Shown here piece after piece: positions 14,704-29,718 of a stretch of DNA of 51,594 nt. The stretch is from a virus (Duplodnaviria; Heunggongvirae; Uroviricota; Caudoviricetes): the IMG/VR virus record IMGVR_UViG_2563366877_000002. One strand, given 5' to 3'. The notes below the pieces were generated by a model. The model saw only the letters and a program-made list of their open reading frames with translations. It did not search any database and had not been told where the DNA came from. The position numbers and the translations under genes are program-made. Each line of letters starts with the position of its first letter. Within the stretch, counting starts at the first letter, position 1.

Positions 14704-17279
14704 CGTCCACCTCCGGAGAACAGACCACCATCGCGCATCTGTGCCTGAATTTCATCACGGGCACCCTTGCGGGCCATGTCATACACTGCCTTCATCATCT
14801 GTGGACCTGGCAGACCATTCGTACCGTCGTTCTGAATCACCACGTGATTGTTCTGATTAAAATTAATGCCTTCAGCCCGCCGCATCTGCGCCGGACTTCC
14901 GGCACCGCCCACATAACCACCTTCCGCATAGCCCCGCATCAGGCGGTACAGGTTGCCGACACCAATTCGGCTGGTTGCCTCCTTCGTGAAGACAAATTCA
15001 CCACGGTGAACAATCCCCGCTGGCTCATATTTGCCGCCGGTTCCCGTAAATCCTCCGGTTGCAAAATGGAATTTCGCCGCAGCGGCCTGAATGGCTGTAC
15101 CGCCTGATGCGGATGCGCCGCCACCAACAGCCCCGCCAATGGCGCTACCGATACTCCCGACAATCCCCACCATTGCCTGCTTAAGCAGAATTTCTGTCAT
15201 CATGGACAGCACGGAACGGGTGAAGCTGCGCCAGTTCTGCTCACTGCCGGTCAGCATCGCCGCCATATTCTGCGCAATACCATCAAAGGTCTGCGTGGCT
15301 GCACTTTTAACCTGCGACATACTGTCCGTGGCGCTCTCTTCCCACTCACTCCAGCCGGACCTGAGGCCTGCCATCCAGCTCCCGCGAAGCTGGTCTTCAG
15401 CCGCCCAGGTCTTTTTCTGCTCTGACATGACGTTATTCAGCGCCAGCGAATTATCGCCATACTGTTCCTTCAGGCGCTGTTCTGTGGCTTCCCGCGCTGC
15501 CTGCCGGTCAGTAAGCCCCCGGTTTTTCGCCTCAATGGCTGCCCGTTTTGCCCGTTGTTGCTGTGCGAACTTATCCGCCTGCTGCGCCAGCGCGTTCAGG
15601 CGCTCCTGATACGTAACCTTGTCGCCAAGTGCAGCCAGCTGGCGTTTGTACTCCAGCGTCTCATCTTTATGCGCCAGCAGGGATTTCTCCTGTGCGGACA
15701 GCTGGCGACGTTGCGCCGCCTCCTCCAGTACCGCGAACTGACTCTCCGCCTTCCACAAATCCCGGCGCTGCTGGCTGATTTTCTCATTTGCTCCGGCATG
15801 CTTCTCCAGCGTCCGGAGTTCAGCCTGAAGCGTCAGCAGGGCAGCATGAGCACTGTCTTCCTGACGATCGCCCGCAGACACTTTCACGCCGGACTGTTTC
15901 GGCTTTTTCAGCGTCGCTTCATAATCCTTTTTCGCCGCCGCCATCAGCGTGTTGTAATCTGCCTGCAGGATTTTCCCGTCTTTCAGTGCCTTGTTCAGTT
16001 CTTCCTGACGGGCGGTATATTTCTCCAGCGGCGTCTGCAGGCGTTCGTAAGCCTTCTGCGCCTCTTCGGTATATTTCAGCCGTGATGCCTCAGACTCGGC
16101 CCAGTCCTTTGCTGCCATCTCTCTGGCCTTTTCAAGATCGGCCTGCAACGTGGCGGCTGAAAGCCCAGGTTGCGCATTCGCTCTGTCCTCCCATGCTCCC
16201 CGGAGATTGGCAAGAAATGCTGAGGTTTTACCGCGCCGGTGGCTTCGGCTCTGATACCACTGCCATTTTTTGTCCGCCTCATCAAAAGCCTTTTCTGCTT
16301 TCTCCAGCATTCCCTGGGCAGTGTCCGGGCGACCAATATCCAGCACCGAATCCCACATGGATTTGAATGCCCGTGCTGTCCTGTCTGCCCAGGTCTCCAG
16401 CGTGCCCATGTTCTCTTTCAGGCGGCGGGTCTGGTCATCAAACCCTTTCGTTGCGGCCTCGTTCGCCGCCTGCAATGCCCCGGCTTCATCTCCGGAACGC
16501 TGCAACTGAGCAACATACGCAATCTGCTCCGCCGTCACGTTATGGAACTGACGTGCCATCGCTGTCAGTCCCGACGTCGGGTCTGTGGTCAGCTTCCCGA
16601 AGGCTTCAGCGACCTTGTCCACCTCCACGCCGGATGCAGAGGAGAAACGCGCCACACTCTGGCTGATCGCCTCAAACTGCTCACCACCACGCACACCGGC
16701 ATTCACCAGCGCCGTCAGTGACTCGCTGGTCTGGTTAAACGTCAGCCCTGCCGCCTGCCCGGCTCTGGACAGGGCCAGAATACGATCTGCCGTCAGTCCC
16801 GCCTGATTGCCGGAAAGGACCAGCGTTTTGTTGAAATCGGACAGGGTTGAGTTGCCCTGATACCAGGCATACGCCAGCGCACCGGTCGCCACCGCCAGCG
16901 AGGTGGCCCCCACCATCGGCAGGGTGATCGCACCGGCAAGCCCCCTGAACATGGGGATCATCCCGCCGAAGGAGTCCTTAACCTGACCACCCTGTTGCAG
17001 CAGGATCAGCCACGGACTTTGCCCGCCTGCAAGCTGCGTGGCCACGTCGGTGAACTGTGCAGGCAGCATACGCATGGCGGCTTTATACTGCCCGACGGAA
17101 ATCCCCGCTTTCTGTGCAGCCAGCGCCTGTCGGCTCAGCGACTGTTCAACGACTGCCGCTGTTTTTTTCGCATCAGTTTCCGTACCGGAAAAATGACGCC
17201 TGACTCTGGCCATCTGCTCGTCAAATCTGGCCGCATCCAGACTTAAATCAACGACCAGATCGCCTACCGGTTCAGCCAT
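14700..17279 (-). CDS. H: tail tape measure protein H
   Basis: 859 aa, lambda gpH-like start MAEPVGDLVVDLSLDAARFDEQ. Confidence 0.9.
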   Translation of the reverse strand: MAEPVGDLVVDLSLDAARFDEQMARVRRHFSGTETDAKKTAAVVEQSLSRQALAAQKAGISVGQYKAAMRMLPAQFTDVATQLAGGQSPWLILLQQGGQVKDSFGGMIPMFRGLAGAITLPMVGATSLAVATGALAYAWYQGNSTLSDFNKTLVLSGNQAGLTADRILALSRAGQAAGLTFNQTSESLTALVNAGVRGGEQFEAISQSVARFSSASGVEVDKVAEAFGKLTTDPTSGLTAMARQFHNVTAEQIAYVAQLQRSGDEAGALQAANEAATKGFDDQTRRLKENMGTLETWADRTARAFKSMWDSVLDIGRPDTAQGMLEKAEKAFDEADKKWQWYQSRSHRRGKTSAFLANLRGAWEDRANAQPGLSAATLQADLEKAREMAAKDWAESEASRLKYTEEAQKAYERLQTPLEKYTARQEELNKALKDGKILQADYNTLMAAAKKDYEATLKKPKQSGVKVSAGDRQEDSAHAALLTLQAELRTLEKHAGANEKISQQRRDLWKAESQFAVLEEAAQRRQLSAQEKSLLAHKDETLEYKRQLAALGDKVTYQERLNALAQQADKFAQQQRAKRAAIEAKNRGLTDRQAAREATEQRLKEQYGDNSLALNNVMSEQKKTWAAEDQLRGSWMAGLRSGWSEWEESATDSMSQVKSAATQTFDGIAQNMAAMLTGSEQNWRSFTRSVLSMMTEILLKQAMVGIVGSIGSAIGGAVGGGASASGGTAIQAAAAKFHFATGGFTGTGGKYEPAGIVHRGEFVFTKEATSRIGVGNLYRLMRGYAEGGYVGGAGSPAQMRRAEGINFNQNNHVVIQNDGTNGLPGPQMMKAVYDMARKGARDEIQAQMRDGGLFSGGGR

Positions 17280-17706
17280 ACCGGACTCCTCCTGCGATCC
17301 CTTCTGATACTGTCATCAGCATTACGTCATCCTCCGTCATGTCCGCCACATCCGGGGAAGCGGGGATAACTTCATTCCCGTCCGGGCCAAAACGAACGCC
17401 TCCGGCAAGCCCTGCCGCTTTCTGCATCAGCACATCATCTTCAGTCTCTTCGTCAGCCTCGCGCCGGTTCAGCAGACTGAAATCCAGCGGATGCATATCC
17501 GGATCGCTGAAAAACAGGCTGAGCACGGTGTACGTCAGCCCGGAAAAGTGCATATCCAGCAGAACATCATGAAAATAATGGGTACTGTAAAAGCGGTGCC
17601 AGTCGGCATACTCCGTGGATGACATCCCGGCAAGCATGGCACGCCAGTCGGGTCGCCCCATCTCGCGCGCCAGTTTCAGGGCAAAACTCAGCTCACCGTC
17701 GAACAC
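17272..17706 (-). CDS. T: tail assembly chaperone T (C-terminal part of G-T fusion)
   Basis: 144 aa, lambda gpT-like; -1 frame relative to G. Confidence 0.85.
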   Translation of the reverse strand: MFDGELSFALKLAREMGRPDWRAMLAGMSSTEYADWHRFYSTHYFHDVLLDMHFSGLTYTVLSLFFSDPDMHPLDFSLLNRREADEETEDDVLMQKAAGLAGGVRFGPDGNEVIPASPDVADMTEDDVMLMTVSEGIAGGVRYG

Positions 17707-18110
17707 TTTCCCGCAGAAACAGGCTCTGCAGGCCCGGCGTCTTCTGCCTGTTCAGGGGCATCATTCACCACAAACTCATACATACCGGACAGCCGGTACA
17801 CCACGTTTTCAGCATGAGAAATTGCCTCTGTAGGCCAGGTGGTAAGCACTTCCTGCTCAATCTGTTTAACGGCTTCATTCATGGAAGGCATCTGCGTCTT
17901 CTGCGGATGGTTATGCCACAGGGACATCGCCACCACACAAGCACCGGTTCTGATGGCGTCTTCCACAGTAAACTTCCGGTTGCTGTCTGACTCCGCCTGT
18001 TCTGCCTGCCGTTTCATCAGGGCGAGATGCTCAATACGCTGCAGGGCTGACAGTTCAGAAAGCGTGACGGTCACACCGTTATGTTCAAATGATTCGGTTT
18101 TCAGGAACAT
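17688..18110 (-). CDS. G: tail assembly chaperone G
   Basis: 140 aa, lambda gpG-like. Confidence 0.9.
   Translation of the reverse strand: MFLKTESFEHNGVTVTLSELSALQRIEHLALMKRQAEQAESDSNRKFTVEDAIRTGACVVAMSLWHNHPQKTQMPSMNEAVKQIEQEVLTTWPTEAISHAENVVYRLSGMYEFVVNDAPEQAEDAGPAEPVSAGKCSTVS
17706..17712 (-). other. G-T programmed -1 frameshift slippery heptamer (G GGA AAG)
   Basis: GGGAAAG read in G frame where the T frame opens. Confidence 0.7.
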
Positions 18111-18125
18111 CGCTGACTCTCCGGA

Positions 18126-18866
18126 TTAACTGGCGGTGACGTTGATTTCTGCAACCGCAGCAAGTTCACCATTACCGGATACGACCGGAATGTTGACCTT
18201 GCCTGCAGCAACACCTTTCACGGTGATGGTCATACCACTGACCGACACGGTGGCTTTTGTTTTATCCGCTGACACCGCACGGAAGCTCTTGTCGGTTGCG
18301 CCTTCCGGCTGGAATGCCACGGTCAGCGTGGTGCTCTGCCCTTTCACCACCGAGGTGCTGGCAGGCGTCACGGTCATGCCGGTTGCCGCTGTGACCGTGC
18401 TGTGATCTTCTGCCATCGACGGACGGCCCACATTGGTGACCTTCACCGTGCGGGTGATCACTTCCTTCGCCGTCACCGCCTTACCGATACTGCTGACCCA
18501 GCCGCGGAACACATCGACCGTGCCATTCGGGAAGCGGATTTTATAGGCTCGGGTATCCCCTTCATTAAACCACGCCAGCAGCGCCTGCTGCCCCTGCTCT
18601 CCGGGCATCCACGCCAGCGTGAAGCTGGTATCTCCGGCAGATTTCTGCCCCTGCCCGGTCGCAGTCCAGTCCGCATCTTCATCATCGAGATAGCTGTCGT
18701 CATAGGACTCAGCGGTCAGTTCGCCGGGCGTCAGGTCTTTAACTTTAGCCAGACGCGACCAGTCAACGTCTGAAAGCGGGTTCGCATAAGGGTCACCGTT
18801 CCCCTTATAAACCCACAGTGTGGTCCCGGCCCCTTTCACCGGCATTACTGGATTTGGTACAGGCAT
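18126..18866 (-). CDS. V: major tail tube protein V
   Basis: 246 aa from lambda-equivalent Met ([14 protein letters not shown]); Ig-like C-terminal domain. Confidence 0.9.
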   Translation of the reverse strand: MPVPNPVMPVKGAGTTLWVYKGNGDPYANPLSDVDWSRLAKVKDLTPGELTAESYDDSYLDDEDADWTATGQGQKSAGDTSFTLAWMPGEQGQQALLAWFNEGDTRAYKIRFPNGTVDVFRGWVSSIGKAVTAKEVITRTVKVTNVGRPSMAEDHSTVTAATGMTVTPASTSVVKGQSTTLTVAFQPEGATDKSFRAVSADKTKATVSVSGMTITVKGVAAGKVNIPVVSGNGELAAVAEINVTAS

Positions 18867-18873
18867 AGCGTCC

Positions 18874-19269
18874 TCACATTTCATAGGTAATGACATAAGT
18901 CAGATCGGCTGAACTCCACAGGCCCGCATCATCGTCGCGCCGGTAGTCATAGCCGCTGGCCACCATACTGGTGATCAAATCTGACAGTGCCGGGATATCG
19001 CTCATCACCGGATAAATCCGGGACTCCATCCACGAATCCAGCTCTGAATCCGGCACCTGAGCAGGCAGGAAAACTTCAATATGCAGCTCCGCCTGCCAGG
19101 TATCGCTGTCCAGCTCTTCGCCCGTGTATTCAGCGCCGGTGAGATAAACGGCAATTGCCGGAAAATCCGCCTCATCAAAAACAGCGGGGCGACCATCAAA
19201 AAGCGTCGCCCCGGTGTCATGCTTCTCCAGTGCATCCAGTACGGCTGCACGGAGTTCAGTATGTTTCAT
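18874..19269 (-). CDS. U: tail terminator protein U
   Basis: 131 aa, lambda gpU-like. Confidence 0.9.
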   Translation of the reverse strand: MKHTELRAAVLDALEKHDTGATLFDGRPAVFDEADFPAIAVYLTGAEYTGEELDSDTWQAELHIEVFLPAQVPDSELDSWMESRIYPVMSDIPALSDLITSMVASGYDYRRDDDAGLWSSADLTYVITYEM

Positions 19270-19844
19270 CGCTTTATTACCATTCTCAGTTGATGCTGCA
19301 GCGCATAGCCCAGCTCTTTCGGAAGACGTTCACGCCGTATCCGTTCAATATTCTGTTTAAACGCCGTGGTCAGCGGCACCGCCATCGGGATTTTCACCAC
19401 ATCAATGGGGTAACGGTTTTTCCCGGCCACACGCTGCATGACATGCCAGCGGCCATTTTTCAGTTGCTGAATAAACGCGCCGGGAATACGACGGTTTCCC
19501 ACCACAAGCACGCTGCCGCCACCTTTCAGGGCTGAACGCTGCCCCTTTTTACGATGCCTGCGTCGGGACAGGACAATCCGCGCGTTACCCAGCTTTATTA
19601 CGGGCAAATCCCCCCGGTTAACCCTGATTCTGGCCTGCGGATTTTTGACCGTGGCCCTTTTCAGCCTGGCCCTTTCCTTTACCAGTTTCCGGCGTACCTT
19701 TGTCTCACGGGCAACCTGTGACGCCGACTGCGATATCGCGGATGAAGCAACGCGGTTAATGGCCATTGCGGCGGCACCAGGCACCGCCGTTTTGCTGATA
19801 CGGCTGAGGTTTTCAACGGCCTGCTCAAGACCTTTTATGACCAT
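19266..19844 (-). CDS. Z: tail completion protein Z
   Basis: 192 aa, lambda gpZ-like. Confidence 0.9.
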   Translation of the reverse strand: MVIKGLEQAVENLSRISKTAVPGAAAMAINRVASSAISQSASQVARETKVRRKLVKERARLKRATVKNPQARIRVNRGDLPVIKLGNARIVLSRRRHRKKGQRSALKGGGSVLVVGNRRIPGAFIQQLKNGRWHVMQRVAGKNRYPIDVVKIPMAVPLTTAFKQNIERIRRERLPKELGYALQHQLRMVIKR

Positions 19845-19855
19845 ACATCCCCCTT

Positions 19856-20209
19856 TCAGCGGCGACGGTTAACGGCAGGCGGTACGCCCCGTCCAAGCCA
19901 GAGATGACAACTTCCGCCATCATCCGGCGAAACCCGATCTACCCAGAAATTTTCCTCACCGATGGTCAGCGTGTCTCCACGCCGCAGCTGCCGCGCATCA
20001 TCAGTCCGGACAAACAGGGACGGGCTGGAGCCTTCAACGCGCACGCCCTGTCCGGCATAGCTGATATTTTCAGGGTCATCAAAAACACCACGTATCACCG
20101 CACCTGACTGCTCACCGGATGTAATGGTGGCTGACGTTCCCATGTACCCGCGTATCGTTTCATCGGCGCGGGCAATGGCAGCATCGAACAGGTTATCGAA
20201 ATCAGCCAC
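19856..20209 (-). CDS. FII: head-tail joining protein FII
   Basis: 117 aa, lambda gpFII-like. Confidence 0.9.
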   Translation of the reverse strand: MADFDNLFDAAIARADETIRGYMGTSATITSGEQSGAVIRGVFDDPENISYAGQGVRVEGSSPSLFVRTDDARQLRRGDTLTIGEENFWVDRVSPDDGGSCHLWLGRGVPPAVNRRR

Positions 20210-20220
20210 AGCGCCTCCCG

Positions 20221-20619
20221 TTATTGCATTCTGGCCAGGCCGCGCTCTGTCATTTCGGCTGCCACACCGGCAGAGACACGAAACGCCGTTCCCGGCAGCA
20301 CAAATGCCACAGGTTTATCCCGCGTGGCGTGAAGTGCATCAGTATGCAGCGTCACCAGTGCCACGACCGTGACCAGTTCAGCCGTATCCTGAATCACGGT
20401 ATCCGGCTGCGCTGATACCACCTCATTTTCATGCCCGGTCAGCACATTTTCCCGGCTGAGAGGGGTGTCCTGACCGGCAGTTTCATCCGTGTCATCAAGC
20501 TCTTCTTCCAGCTCTGCCACACGAAGCGCCAGTTCTTCTTTCGTTCCCGTCAAACTGACATCGCGGTTCAGTTGCTCACCCAGCTCCTGAAGACGGGCAA
20601 TCAGTTCATCTTTCGTCAT
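20221..20619 (-). CDS. FI: DNA packaging protein FI
   Basis: 132 aa from lambda-equivalent Met (MTKDELIARL). Confidence 0.9.
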   Translation of the reverse strand: MTKDELIARLQELGEQLNRDVSLTGTKEELALRVAELEEELDDTDETAGQDTPLSRENVLTGHENEVVSAQPDTVIQDTAELVTVVALVTLHTDALHATRDKPVAFVLPGTAFRVSAGVAAEMTERGLARMQ

Positions 20620-20660
20620 GAACTCCTCCACAGAGAGAAAATGGCCCCGAAGGGCCATGA

Positions 20661-21686
20661 TTACGCCAGTTGAACGGACACGAACTCATCAGGGTCAGCC
20701 AGCAGCATCAGCGGTGCTGACTGAATCATGGTGAACTCACGCGCCGGATCGCCGGTGGTCACCCAGTTTTTCGGGTAACGGGCAGAGGCGTTAATGCCTT
20801 CGCGCTGTGCGTCCGCATCCTGAATGCAGCCATAGGTGCGCAGACCGCGAGCCTGAGTGTTCCCCAGCACCATCGTGTTGTCCGGCAGGAAGTTCTTTTT
20901 GACGCCGTTTTCCACGTACTGTCCGGAATACACGACGATGGCCACATCGCCATACATTCCCTTATAGGACACCGCTTTGCCCAGGTCTTTCACCGCTGTC
21001 TCCAGCTCGGAATGAGAGCCGCGACGGGTATCCAGCTTCTCCTTGACGGCTTTGAAGGAACGGAACAGCGCCCAGCCTTTCGGGTCAAACACGATGATAT
21101 TCACCACACCGCTGGCGTTCAGCGCGTAGGCTTCGATATCGTCGGTCGGGTCATACGTGGACTTGTCACGCTTGCTCCACTCCGTGACGCCGGACTGTGT
21201 GATGTTGTTCGCCGCACTGCGGCCCATATCCACCTCAACCGGATCGAAGGCTTCACCGGTCATGGTGTATTTGCCCTTGAGCACGGCAGAAACTGCCTGC
21301 ATCTCTTCGACCTGAGCAATGGCCAGCTCTTCGTCACGCATGTTCTGCATGATGATGCGACGGCGGCGGTAAGCCGGGTCCGCCAGATTCTGCGGATCTT
21401 CATCCGGCAGGCGACGCAGGGTCATCTGCGGATTCACCTCATGCTTGGGTTTGACATATCCCGGCGTAAATTCAGAGGTGGAGCCGCCACGGGAACGGAT
21501 AACCTCACCGGAAACAATCGGCGAAACGTACAGCGCCATGTTTACCAGTCCCGGAATTTGTGAGAGATAGACTTTCTCCGTAGTGAAGGGATAGCTCTCA
21601 CGGAAAAAGAGACGCAGAAACAGCGGATCAAACTTAAATTTCTGCTCATTTGCCGCCAGCAGCTGGGCGGTTGTGTACATCGACAT
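20661..21686 (-). CDS. E: major capsid protein E
   Basis: 341 aa from MSMYTTAQLLAANEQKF. Confidence 0.9.
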   Translation of the reverse strand: MSMYTTAQLLAANEQKFKFDPLFLRLFFRESYPFTTEKVYLSQIPGLVNMALYVSPIVSGEVIRSRGGSTSEFTPGYVKPKHEVNPQMTLRRLPDEDPQNLADPAYRRRRIIMQNMRDEELAIAQVEEMQAVSAVLKGKYTMTGEAFDPVEVDMGRSAANNITQSGVTEWSKRDKSTYDPTDDIEAYALNASGVVNIIVFDPKGWALFRSFKAVKEKLDTRRGSHSELETAVKDLGKAVSYKGMYGDVAIVVYSGQYVENGVKKNFLPDNTMVLGNTQARGLRTYGCIQDADAQREGINASARYPKNWVTTGDPAREFTMIQSAPLMLLADPDEFVSVQLA

Positions 21687-21741
21687 AAAAAAATCCCGTA
21701 AAAAAAGCCGCACAGGCGGCCTTTAGTGATGAAGGGTAAAG

Positions 21742-22074
21742 TTAAACGATGCTGATTGCCGTTCCGGCAAACGCGGTCCGTTTTTTCGTCTCGTCGCTGG
21801 CAGCCTCCGGCCAGAGCACATCCTCATAACGGAACGTGCCGGACTTGTAGAACGTCAGTGTGGTGCTGGTCTGGTCAGCAGCAACCGCAAGAATGCCAAC
21901 GGCAGCACCGTCGGTGGTGCCATCCCACGCAACCAGCTTACGGGTGGATGTGTCCAGCATCAGCGGGGTCATTGCAGGCGCTTTCGCACTCAATCCGCCG
22001 GGCGCGGTTGCGGTATGAGCCGGGTCACTATTGCCCAGCGGCTGGTAATGGGTAAAGGTTTCTTTGCTCGTCAT
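21742..22074 (-). CDS. D: head decoration protein D
   Basis: 110 aa from [12 protein letters not shown]. Confidence 0.9.
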   Translation of the reverse strand: MTSKETFTHYQPLGNSDPAHTATAPGGLSAKAPAMTPLMLDTSTRKLVAWDGTTDGAAVGILAVAADQTSTTLTFYKSGTFRYEDVLWPEAASDETKKRTAFAGTAISIV

Positions 22075-22083
22075 AAACATCCC

Positions 22084-22689
22084 TTACACTGGTGTGTTCA
22101 GCAAATCGTTAACGGCATCAGATGCCGGGTTACCTGCAGCCAGCGGTGCCGGTGCCCCCTGCATCAGACGATCCAGCGCAGTGTCACTGCGCGCCTGTGC
22201 ACTCTGTGGTGCAGCTGCCAGAATGCGGCGGGCCGTTTCCACGGTCATACCGGGGGTTTCTGCCAGCACGCGGGCCTGTTCTTCGCGTCCGTGAGCCTCC
22301 TCACAGTTGAGGATCCCCATAATGCGGCTGTTTTCTGCCGCAACCGCAGCGGTGATCTGCGCGTTCACGTCCGGCTGCGCCGCGCTGGCGTTTTCGCCCT
22401 CCGTCGCTGGCACCACGTCAGTAACGTCAGCCTGCGAAGCAGTGGCTGAAACAGTTGTTGATTGAGTCTCTTTGGTCATTCGCCCTCCTGAGAGACGGGA
22501 TTTACGTGCATCCAGTGCATCACGCATAACGGTGATCGCATCGGTGCTGTTGACAAGTTCATCAGCCAGTCCGGCATCAATGGCCTCCTGACCGCTGTAC
22601 ACTGCAGCCTCGGTATCCAGCACAGCCTGCACGGACAGGCCGGTATATGCCGACACCTTCTGTGCAAACATCCGGCGGGTTGCATCCAT
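22084..22689 (-). CDS. nu3: scaffolding protein Nu3 (in-frame internal start within C)
   Basis: assigned by lambda organisation (same stop as C); start position by analogy, not verified. Confidence 0.5.
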   Translation of the reverse strand: MDATRRMFAQKVSAYTGLSVQAVLDTEAAVYSGQEAIDAGLADELVNSTDAITVMRDALDARKSRLSGGRMTKETQSTTVSATASQADVTDVVPATEGENASAAQPDVNAQITAAVAAENSRIMGILNCEEAHGREEQARVLAETPGMTVETARRILAAAPQSAQARSDTALDRLMQGAPAPLAAGNPASDAVNDLLNTPV

Positions 22690-23383
22690 CCGGGACTGCA
22701 ATGTTTCCCGGACATCATCCGGTAGATGGCTGTAGGGGTTGCCATCCACCTTATGGCTGCCGCTGTAAATCAGCGTGATTTCCACGCCCTGTTTCTCCAG
22801 TGCAGCGCCGTAATTACTGTGAGCCATCATGACGCCGATGGAGCCTGTTCGGGCGGTCTGCGTGACCAGACGCCGGGAGGCGGCACTGGCAAGCAGCTGA
22901 CCTGCGCTGCAGTTCATGTCATTGGCCAGCGCCCATACCGGCTTTATGTCACGCACACGGGCGATGATGTCAGCGCAGTCAAATGCCCCCGCCACCATCC
23001 CGCCGGGCGTGTCCATATCGAGCAGAATGCCGTCCACCATCGGATCGCTGGCAGCCTGTTGCAGACGGGCGATAATGCCGTTGTAACCGGTCATCCCCGA
23101 GTACGGCTGCAGCGCCCGCGTCCGGCTGACCAGCGTGCCGGACACCGGCAGCACGGCGATGCCGTTCATGACCTGATAACTGCGGGCCTGTCGTGGTCCG
23201 TCATCATCACCGGATAATGCCAGCGTCGCGAGTGCCTCCTGGGCAGTCAGGCTGTCGCCGGACACCGCATCCGTCAGGCGGCTGATCCCAAGCTGGCCTG
23301 CAAGCGCACAAAAGAAAACCCGCGCATAGGCGGGTTCAAGCATCAGCGGCTCATTAAAAGCCATGCTGGCAATATGCGGGAGA

Positions 23384-23403
<20 letters not shown>
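22084..23403 (-). CDS. C: head protease / minor capsid protein C (GTG start)
   Basis: 439 aa from GTG at 23403 (VTAELRNLPHIASM); overlaps end of B as in lambda. Confidence 0.85.
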
Positions 23404-27084
<3,681 letters not shown>

Positions 27085-27110
<26 letters not shown>

Positions 27111-27630
27111 TCAGCAACCCCGGTATCAGTTCATCCAGCGCGGCTGCTTTGTTCATGGCTTTGATGATATCCCGTTTCAGGAAATCAACATGTCGGTTTT
27201 CCAGTTCCGGAAAACGCCGCTGCACCGACAGGGGGATCCCGTCGAGAATACTGGCAATTTCACCTGCGATCCGCGACAGCACGAAAGTACAGAATGCGGT
27301 TTCCACCACTTCAGCGGAGTCTCTGGCATTTTTCAGCTCCTGTGCGTCGGCCTGCGCACGCGTAAGTCGATGGCGTTCGTACTCAATAGTCCCTGGCTGG
27401 AGATCTGTCTCGCTGGCCTGCCGCAGTTCTTCAACTTCCCGGCGCAGCTTTTCGTTCTCAATTTCAGCATCCCTTTCGGCATACCATCTTATAACGGCGG
27501 CAGAGTCATAAAGCACCTCATTACCCTTGCCACCGCCTCGCAGAACGGGCATTCCCTGTTCCTGCCAGTTCTGAATGGTACGGATACTCGCACCGAAAAT
27601 GTCAGCCAGCTGCTTTTTGTTGACTTCCAT
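27085..27630 (-). CDS. nu1: terminase small subunit Nu1
   Basis: 181 aa starting MEVNKKQLADIFGASIRTIQNWQEQGMPV. Confidence 0.95.
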
Positions 27631-27807
27631 TGTTCATTCCACGGCCAAAAACAGAGAAAGGAAACGACAGAGGCCCAAAAGCTCGTTTTCAGCACCTGTC
27701 GTTTCCTTTCTTTTCAGGGGGTATTTTAAATAAAAACATTAAGTTACGACGAAGAAGAACGGAAATGCCTTAAACCGGAAAATTTTCATAAATAGCGAAA
27801 ACCCGCG

Positions 27808-27819
27808 AGGTCGCCGCCC
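27808..27819 (-). other. cos site core (cosN 12-nt cohesive end GGGCGGCGACCT); cosB lies between it and nu1
   Basis: minus strand reads GGGCGGCGACCTCGCGGGTTTTCGCTATTTATGAAAATTTTCCGG, the remembered lambda left end. Confidence 0.8.
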
Positions 27820-28018
27820 CGTAACCTGTCGGATCGCCGGAAAGGACCCGCAAAATGATAATAATTATCATCTGCATGTCACAACGTGCATCTACGCCAT
27901 CAAACCACGTCAAATAATCAATTATGACGCAGATATCGTATTAATTGATCTGCATCAACTTAACGTAAAAACAACTTCAGACAATACAAATCAGCGACAC
28001 TGAATACGGGACAACCTC

Positions 28019-28252
28019 ATGTCAACGAAGAACAGAACCCGCAGAACAACAACCCGCAACATCCGCTTTCCTAACCAAATGATTGAACAAATTAACATCG
28101 CTCTTGAGCAAAAAGGGTCCGGGAATTTCTCAGCCTGGGTCATTGAAGCCTGCCGCCGGAGACTGTGCTCAGAAAAAAGAGTTTCTTCTGAAGCAAACAA
28201 AGAAAAGAGTGACATTACTGAATTGCTCAGAAAACAGGTCAGACCAGATTGA
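28019..28252 (+). CDS. ynfO: small basic protein at prophage right-end region (YnfO-like)
   Basis: 77-aa ORF just beyond cos, opposite strand to nu1; name from remembered Qin synteny. Confidence 0.5.
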   Translation: MSTKNRTRRTTTRNIRFPNQMIEQINIALEQKGSGNFSAWVIEACRRRLCSEKRVSSEANKEKSDITELLRKQVRPD

Positions 28253-28309
28253 AGCAATTTAGATAATCGTGCAGACTACGCCCCCTCATATCACATGGAA
28301 GGTTTATCT

Positions 28310-28720
28310 ATGGATCAGGTAGTCATTTTTAAACAAATATTTGATAAAGTTCGAAACGATTTAAACTATCAATGGTTTTATTCTGAGCTAAAACGTCACA
28401 ATGTCTCACATTACATTTACTATTTAGCCACAGAGAATGTTCATATTGTATTAAAAAATGATAATACAGTGTTATTAAAGGGCCTAAAAAACATTGTGTC
28501 TGTCAAATTTTCAAAGGATAGGCATCTTATAGAAACGACCTCTAATAAGCTGAAATCCAGAGAGATCACATTTCAGGAATACAGAAGAAACCTTGCTAAA
28601 GCAGGAGTTTTTCGGTGGGTTACAAATATCCACGAACAAAAAAGATATTACTATACCTTTGATAATTCATTACTATTTACTGAAAGCATCCAGAAAACTA
28701 CACAGATCTTACCACGCTAA
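28310..28720 (+). CDS. ydfO: DUF1398-type prophage protein (YdfO/YbcV-like)
   Basis: 136 aa from internal Met MDQVVIFKQ; family assignment from memory. Confidence 0.5.
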
Positions 28721-28871
28721 ACCATAACGTCCGGCTTCTCTCACTCCTGAGCCGGACTGCATTGGTTTAATAAAAACCATCAACAATTGTGATTTAGATA
28801 TTCGGAACCATTCAAATATAACAAAACCCCGTAAAAACGAGGTTTATGGATAAATTTTATTATTGAATACA

Positions 28872-29045
28872 TCAGATTAAATTAATCTTGACATCATAGC
28901 TTTCAAGACCCGTCATTTTTTCCCGTGCGGTAAACTGAATACTGGTAACTTCTTTCCCGGTCTTTTTCTTAAGTTCAATAATTTTTTTTGTTATATATTC
29001 AGAAATATCTGCTTCTGCTTTTGTTTTTAAGTTTTCAATATTCAT
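28872..29045 (-). CDS. gnsB: GnsA/GnsB family small protein
   Basis: 57 aa MNIENLKTKAEADISEYITKKIIELKKKTGKEVTSIQFTAREKMTGLESYDVKINLI; AAGAGGA SD; hand translated, not in ORF track. Confidence 0.7.
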   Translation of the reverse strand: MNIENLKTKAEADISEYITKKIIELKKKTGKEVTSIQFTAREKMTGLESYDVKINLI

Positions 29046-29216
29046 CATTTCCTCTTTTAGTCTGTTATGACTTTCCAGTTACACAGTAAGTCGATTATAT
29101 GGTGCAAACGTGTAAAAGATAAGATGAAACATCGCAATAATCAACATACGATAGTCTAAATTTTACACAAACAGACAAAGAAAATTTTCCTGAATTATCA
29201 ATACAATAGCATCAAA

Positions 29217-29372
29217 TCAACTCAAGAGCCTTATTGCTGCTTCCAGAATTTCTTCTGAAGTAACATGTCGATCCGCGGCTACATAAATGACTTTATGATC
29301 TCCGGTCAGAGATGGAAACCCTGCGGCCATTACAGTAAGGTGTGTTTTTTCGCCATTTGGATATTCACGCAT
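29217..29372 (-). CDS. ynfN: small protein, YnfN-like (start uncertain; ORF open up to 29489)
   Basis: 51-aa version MREYPNGEKTHLTVMAAGFP..; weak SD; position between gnsB and cspI. Confidence 0.35.
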   Translation of the reverse strand: MREYPNGEKTHLTVMAAGFPSLTGDHKVIYVAADRHVTSEEILEAAIRLLS

Positions 29373-29718
29373 GATGGTGTTAACTCCAGTCATCGCTGGC
29401 ACTACCACTGCAGGTTCAGAGTTAAAAAAAACTATGATTTTTTTCATGATGTTACCGTAGTATGTGAGTATCCATCGAATAGATACCAAGCAAAAAAGCT
29501 CCCGAAGGAGCCTTCATTTTCACTTTTTTAAATCCAACGACAGACGGCTGGCATTTAAGTATTGTGAAATATTATCAAATGTAATCATCATTGATTTACA
29601 AAAGATACATTTTGCCCCGAAAGGATTCATGTCAGAAACATCAAAAGATGATGTTCTATACTGGGAACCATGACAACACGGGCATCTAAAGTGAATATGG
29701 TTTGTAATATTGTCTACC

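Noticed and set aside
15091-16721. Several plus-strand ORFs of 160-190 aa inside gene H
   Set aside because: Antisense to the lambda-like tape measure gene; Pro/Ala/Ser-rich translations typical of antisense frames.
27149-27729. Plus-strand ORFs 27149-27511 and 27190-27729 over nu1 and cos
   Set aside because: Antisense to the well-supported nu1 gene and the cos region.
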